From an uncultured bacterium (GTDB lineage: Bacteria; Lernaellota; Lernaellaia; Lernaellales; Lernaellaceae), in assembly GCA_964534375.1 (NCBI GenBank), contig CAZHPN010000073.1, positions 1 through 25,933 of the forward strand: a DNA stretch of 25,933 nt. The letters run 5' to 3'. Under the pieces are notes generated by a model. The model saw nothing but the letters and a program-made list of their open reading frames with translations, did no database searches and had not been told where the DNA came from. Numbering within the stretch: position 1 is the stretch's first letter; every line of letters starts with the position of its first letter. The position numbers and the translations under genes were made by a program. Of the stretch, positions 22,776 through 25,933 are shown in pieces.

Positions 22776-24086
22776 TCAATTCGCGCGTTCGAGCACCGTC
22801 GCGTTGCCGCAGCCGCCGGCGCCGCATGCGGCGATCACGCCGAATTGCGCATCTTCGCGGATCATGCGGTTGACGCAGGTGGTCAGCAGCCGGCCGCCGG
22901 TCGCGCCGAACGGATGGCCGAGCGACAGCGAGCCGCCGTGCGCGTTCAGTTTGTCCGGGTCGATCTCGCCGAACGCCGCGTCGCGGCCGAATTTCTCGCG
23001 CGCGAAAGTCGGGCTCGCCAGCAGTTGCAGCACGGCGAGCGCCTGCACCGCGAACGCCTCGTGAATTTCGAAAACGCCGACGTCGGGCAGCGCCAGCCCC
23101 GCGCGGTCGAGCGCGGTCGGAATCGCATACGCCGGGCCGAGCAGCAGTTCCTCGAGCGGATCGGTGCCCGCATACGCATACGAACGAATGAACGCCTTGG
23201 GTTTGAGGCCCAGCGCCGCGGCGCGCTCCTCGCTCATCAGCAGCACGGCCGAGGCGCCGTCGGTGAAGAAGCTCGCGTTGCCCGCCGTGACCGACCCGTA
23301 ATTCGGGTCGAACGCCGGCCGCAATTTGGCCATTTTTTCGACGGTCGTGTCGCCGCGCACGCCGTTGTCGCGCGCGACCGGCTGGTATTTCGGCGGCGGC
23401 GCCACCGCCAGCACTTCCTCGGCGAACAGGCCCTGTTCGAACGCCGCCGCGGCGCGCCGGTGCGAACGCACGGCGAACTCATCCTGCGCGGCGCGCGAAA
23501 TCCCGAGCCGTTTCGCCAGCCGCTCGCCGGTCTCGCCCATCGACAAACCGGTCGAGTTCTCCATGACCGTGAACATGTCGGGCGCGAAATCGGCCGGGCG
23601 CACGTCTTTGTACAGGTTGAACTTGTCTCGCCACGTCCGGGCCTTTTGCGCGACCATGAACTTGCGGCGCATCTTTTTCCCGTAGCGGATCGGCACGTCG
23701 CTGAGCGTCTCGCAGCCGCCGGCGACGCCGGCGTCGGCATAGCCGCGGGCGATCTGGTCGGCGACGGCGGTGATCGCTTGGTTGGCCGAAATGCACGCCA
23801 CCGACACCGTGTGGCAACGCGTCGATGCCGGCAGGCCGGCGCCGAGGCAGACCTCGCGCGCGACGTTCGCCATCATCGGGTCGGGAATCACGACGCCGTA
23901 CGTCAATTCCTGAATCAGCCGCGGATCGACGCCCGTCTTGTTCATCAACCCGGCCACGGCGTACCGGCCGAGGTCGTACGCCTTCAGTTCGCTGAAATCC
24001 GTGCCGGCCCGCAGGAACGGCGTGCGCACGCCGTCGATCACCGCGACCCGCCGGCCGTTCGTTCCGCCGTTGTTCGATGTGGTCAT
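22776..24086 (-). CDS. fadI: Acetyl-CoA C-acyltransferase (thiolase), FadI/HADHB-like (436 aa)
   Basis: IDGVRTPF, NVAREV, VACISAN (Cys), TAGNAS..TDGASAV, HEAFA, GGSLSLGHPFGATG (His), AACGAGG (Cys); RBS GAGG. Confidence 0.88.
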   Translation of the reverse strand: MTTSNNGGTNGRRVAVIDGVRTPFLRAGTDFSELKAYDLGRYAVAGLMNKTGVDPRLIQELTYGVVIPDPMMANVAREVCLGAGLPASTRCHTVSVACISANQAITAVADQIARGYADAGVAGGCETLSDVPIRYGKKMRRKFMVAQKARTWRDKFNLYKDVRPADFAPDMFTVMENSTGLSMGETGERLAKRLGISRAAQDEFAVRSHRRAAAAFEQGLFAEEVLAVAPPPKYQPVARDNGVRGDTTVEKMAKLRPAFDPNYGSVTAGNASFFTDGASAVLLMSEERAAALGLKPKAFIRSYAYAGTDPLEELLLGPAYAIPTALDRAGLALPDVGVFEIHEAFAVQALAVLQLLASPTFAREKFGRDAAFGEIDPDKLNAHGGSLSLGHPFGATGGRLLTTCVNRMIREDAQFGVIAACGAGGCGNATVLERAN

Positions 24087-24290
24087 GTTGCCGCCTCGCA
24101 AATTCGTCAATCGAGCGAGCGCGGGGCGAAGTTCGCCCGCGCCGCTTTGAATGTCTCCCTGGATGGTAAGTCGCGCCAAGGGAACGTTAACATCAAAATG
24201 AAGCGCCACGCAAACGCGCCCATTTCTGCGGCCGGTGCGCCGGTTCGCAAACTTGACGCGTGCGTCGAAGACATAGGTCCTATAAAACCG

Positions 24291-24385
24291 GAATGAAGAA
24301 TGTTGAATGGCGAATGGCGAATGGCGAATTTCCAGCGACGTCGGCGTTTCTGCATTCGCCATTCGCCATTCGCCATTCCCCATTT
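24291..24385. repeat. Inverted 7-mer arrays (GAATGGC)n / (GCCATTC)n forming a 25-bp perfect stem
   Basis: 24305-24329 is the exact reverse complement of 24354-24378, with a 24-nt loop. Confidence 0.9.
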
Positions 24386-24460
24386 GTCCGAGGAATGAGT
24401 TCGCAAAAATCGATCAACGGCCGCCCCTTTTCGCGGCCTCGGCAACTCCACCGACGCCCC

Positions 24461-24489
24461 TTGAATCAGCCGCGCAAGAGCACTATGTT
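24461..24489 (+). promoter_or_regulatory. Putative sigma70 promoter
   Basis: TTGAAT-N17-TATGTT upstream of the OMP gene. Confidence 0.4.
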
Positions 24490-24605
24490 CCTGCGCAAGT
24501 TCGCGACCGCAAAAAGTGCGACAGCCTCGGGGGAGGACGCCAACCGCACGGCGTTCGCCCGCGTCGAGTCGCTGGCCGCGGCCGGATCCGAGGAGCCGGG
24601 GCGGA

Positions 24606-25493
24606 ATGAGCAAACGACGGCGTTATTTTGGATGCCTGCTGACAGTCGTTCTGCCGCTGGCCGCGATGTGCCTGCTGACCGCGGCGCCGGCGTGGGCGCT
24701 GGGCCGCAGCTATTTCACCGAAGATGAAATCGTCGCCTTGCGGGAGTCGTTTCGCTATCGCTTCGAAGGCGCGCTGACCTTCGAGTATTTGACGCCGAAC
24801 CGCGTGCTCGGCAACTGGGAAAGCGGCTACCTGGCGTTTTACGGCAAGGTCGTGCCGCAATTGACGCTGTACGCGCAGGCGACCGGCTTTTCGCGCCCGC
24901 GCAACGAACTGGATCCCGCCAGCCGCGCCTTCCTTGGCACGGTCGGCGCCGCGATCAACCCGACCGAAAACCTCACGATCAACGCGGCGGGCTCGTTCGG
25001 TACGAACTCGCTGTACCTGCCGCGCGACCGCGCCGATCTGTCGCTGGCCATTCGCATTCCGGTCTCGGAAAACTTCACCTGCGCCATCGACCCGGGCGGC
25101 TATTACTCGAAATATTTCCCCGGCGACGAGGCCTACGGCGCGTTCCTGGGGCCGTCGTTTTTCGTTTATTACTGGAATTTCGGCTACCAGTTCATCTACA
25201 GCCGCAGCACGCCGAAAAACCTCACCGCGTTGGCGCAACTCGTGTTTTTCGGGTACGACGTCGACGGCTGGCACGACACCGAAGTGTCCGTCTCGTTCGG
25301 CGACTACAACTTCTTGTCGAATTATCTCGCGAATCCGCAGCAGGTGCGGCCCGAGCACTACCTCGACGCCCGCATCAACCACCGGCAGTGGATCGGCGTC
25401 GATTGGGGCCTCGTCGCCGAATTCGGCTACTTCGTGCTGTTCAAGGAAATCAGCAAATGGGCTCTGACGCTCGGCGCGTTTTACGAGTTTTAA
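24606..25493 (+). CDS. Outer-membrane beta-barrel protein, YaiO-like (295 aa)
   Basis: Signal peptide MSKRRR...APAWA, aromatic-rich amphipathic strands, C-terminal beta-signal LGAFYEF; RBS GAGGAG. YaiO assignment is tentative. Confidence 0.72.
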   Translation: MSKRRRYFGCLLTVVLPLAAMCLLTAAPAWALGRSYFTEDEIVALRESFRYRFEGALTFEYLTPNRVLGNWESGYLAFYGKVVPQLTLYAQATGFSRPRNELDPASRAFLGTVGAAINPTENLTINAAGSFGTNSLYLPRDRADLSLAIRIPVSENFTCAIDPGGYYSKYFPGDEAYGAFLGPSFFVYYWNFGYQFIYSRSTPKNLTALAQLVFFGYDVDGWHDTEVSVSFGDYNFLSNYLANPQQVRPEHYLDARINHRQWIGVDWGLVAEFGYFVLFKEISKWALTLGAFYEF

Positions 25494-25542
25494 CCGGCTC
25501 GCGGCGGACCCGCCCCGCGACCCGCAACCGACGGAGGCGACG

Positions 25543-25800
25543 ATGGAAAACCACACGATTCTGGGCGTGCACATCACCGACCGGGTCAAACGGGCCAAGG
25601 ACGTGCAACTGCTCTTCACCGAATTCGGCTGCAACATCAAAACCCGGCTGGGCCTGCACCACGTCGAGGGCGACGCCTGTTCGCCCAACGGCCTGATCCT
25701 GCTCGAACTGACCGGCGCCGCGGCGCAACAAGCGGCGTTCGCGGCGAAACTCGCGCAGATCGAAGGCGTGCAGGTGCAGCAGATGGTGTTCACGCATTGA
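25543..25800 (+). CDS. Small ACT-like protein related to TM1266 / iron-only hydrogenase system regulator family
   Basis: ILGVHITDR...A..VQ.L.TEFGCNIKTRLGLH, GLILLEL, L.QIEGV.V; RBS GGAGG. Confidence 0.8.
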   Translation: MENHTILGVHITDRVKRAKDVQLLFTEFGCNIKTRLGLHHVEGDACSPNGLILLELTGAAAQQAAFAAKLAQIEGVQVQQMVFTH

Positions 25801-25878
25801 GAAGTTGCGCGTGAATCTCGCGTCTTGCACGCGCTGGAATTGGCGCGGGGCCCATTGCCACGCGGCGTTTTCCGCATC

Positions 25879-25933
25879 GACCTCTCCCCCGGCCACGCCC
25901 GGCGTGGCCGCGCCCCTCCCCGACGCAGGGAGG
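25879..25933 (+). repeat. Copy 5 of double-hairpin element (runs off window end)
   Basis: GACCTCTCCCCC-GGCCACGC/GCGTGGCC-GCGCCCCTCCCCGACGCAGGGAGG, matching 18001-18043 and 12503-12524. Confidence 0.82.

Overview
GC-rich bacterial chromosomal window, probably from a diderm (Deltaproteobacteria/Myxococcota-like; this is an inference). Housekeeping and envelope genes: a DUF2339-DUF3999-like operon, two tandem paralogous exported glycoside-hydrolase-like proteins, citrate synthase, an isocitrate dehydrogenase with NAD-type cofactor residues, a NifB/NifX-family protein, a FadI-like thiolase, a beta-barrel outer-membrane protein and a TM1266-like ACT protein. There are two accessory blocks. (i) 4.9-10.1 kb: an integrase-less P4-type primase-helicase beside a visibly lower-GC two-gene cassette, an unusually large putative antitoxin overlapping a PIN nuclease. 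(ii) 18-22 kb: a STAND-like P-loop ATPase with nine 46-aa TPR repeats, preceded by an orphan, diverged copy of its own C-terminal cap. Intergenic DNA is densely colonised by non-coding repeats: a ~196-bp TIR-bounded double-hairpin element family (5 copies, with an interchangeable inner hairpin), a 252-bp MITE with 9-bp target duplication, and several 7-mer and 9-mer tandem arrays. No rRNA, tRNA, CRISPR array, transposase, integrase or reverse transcriptase was seen. All family assignments are from motif recognition by eye; no database search was run.
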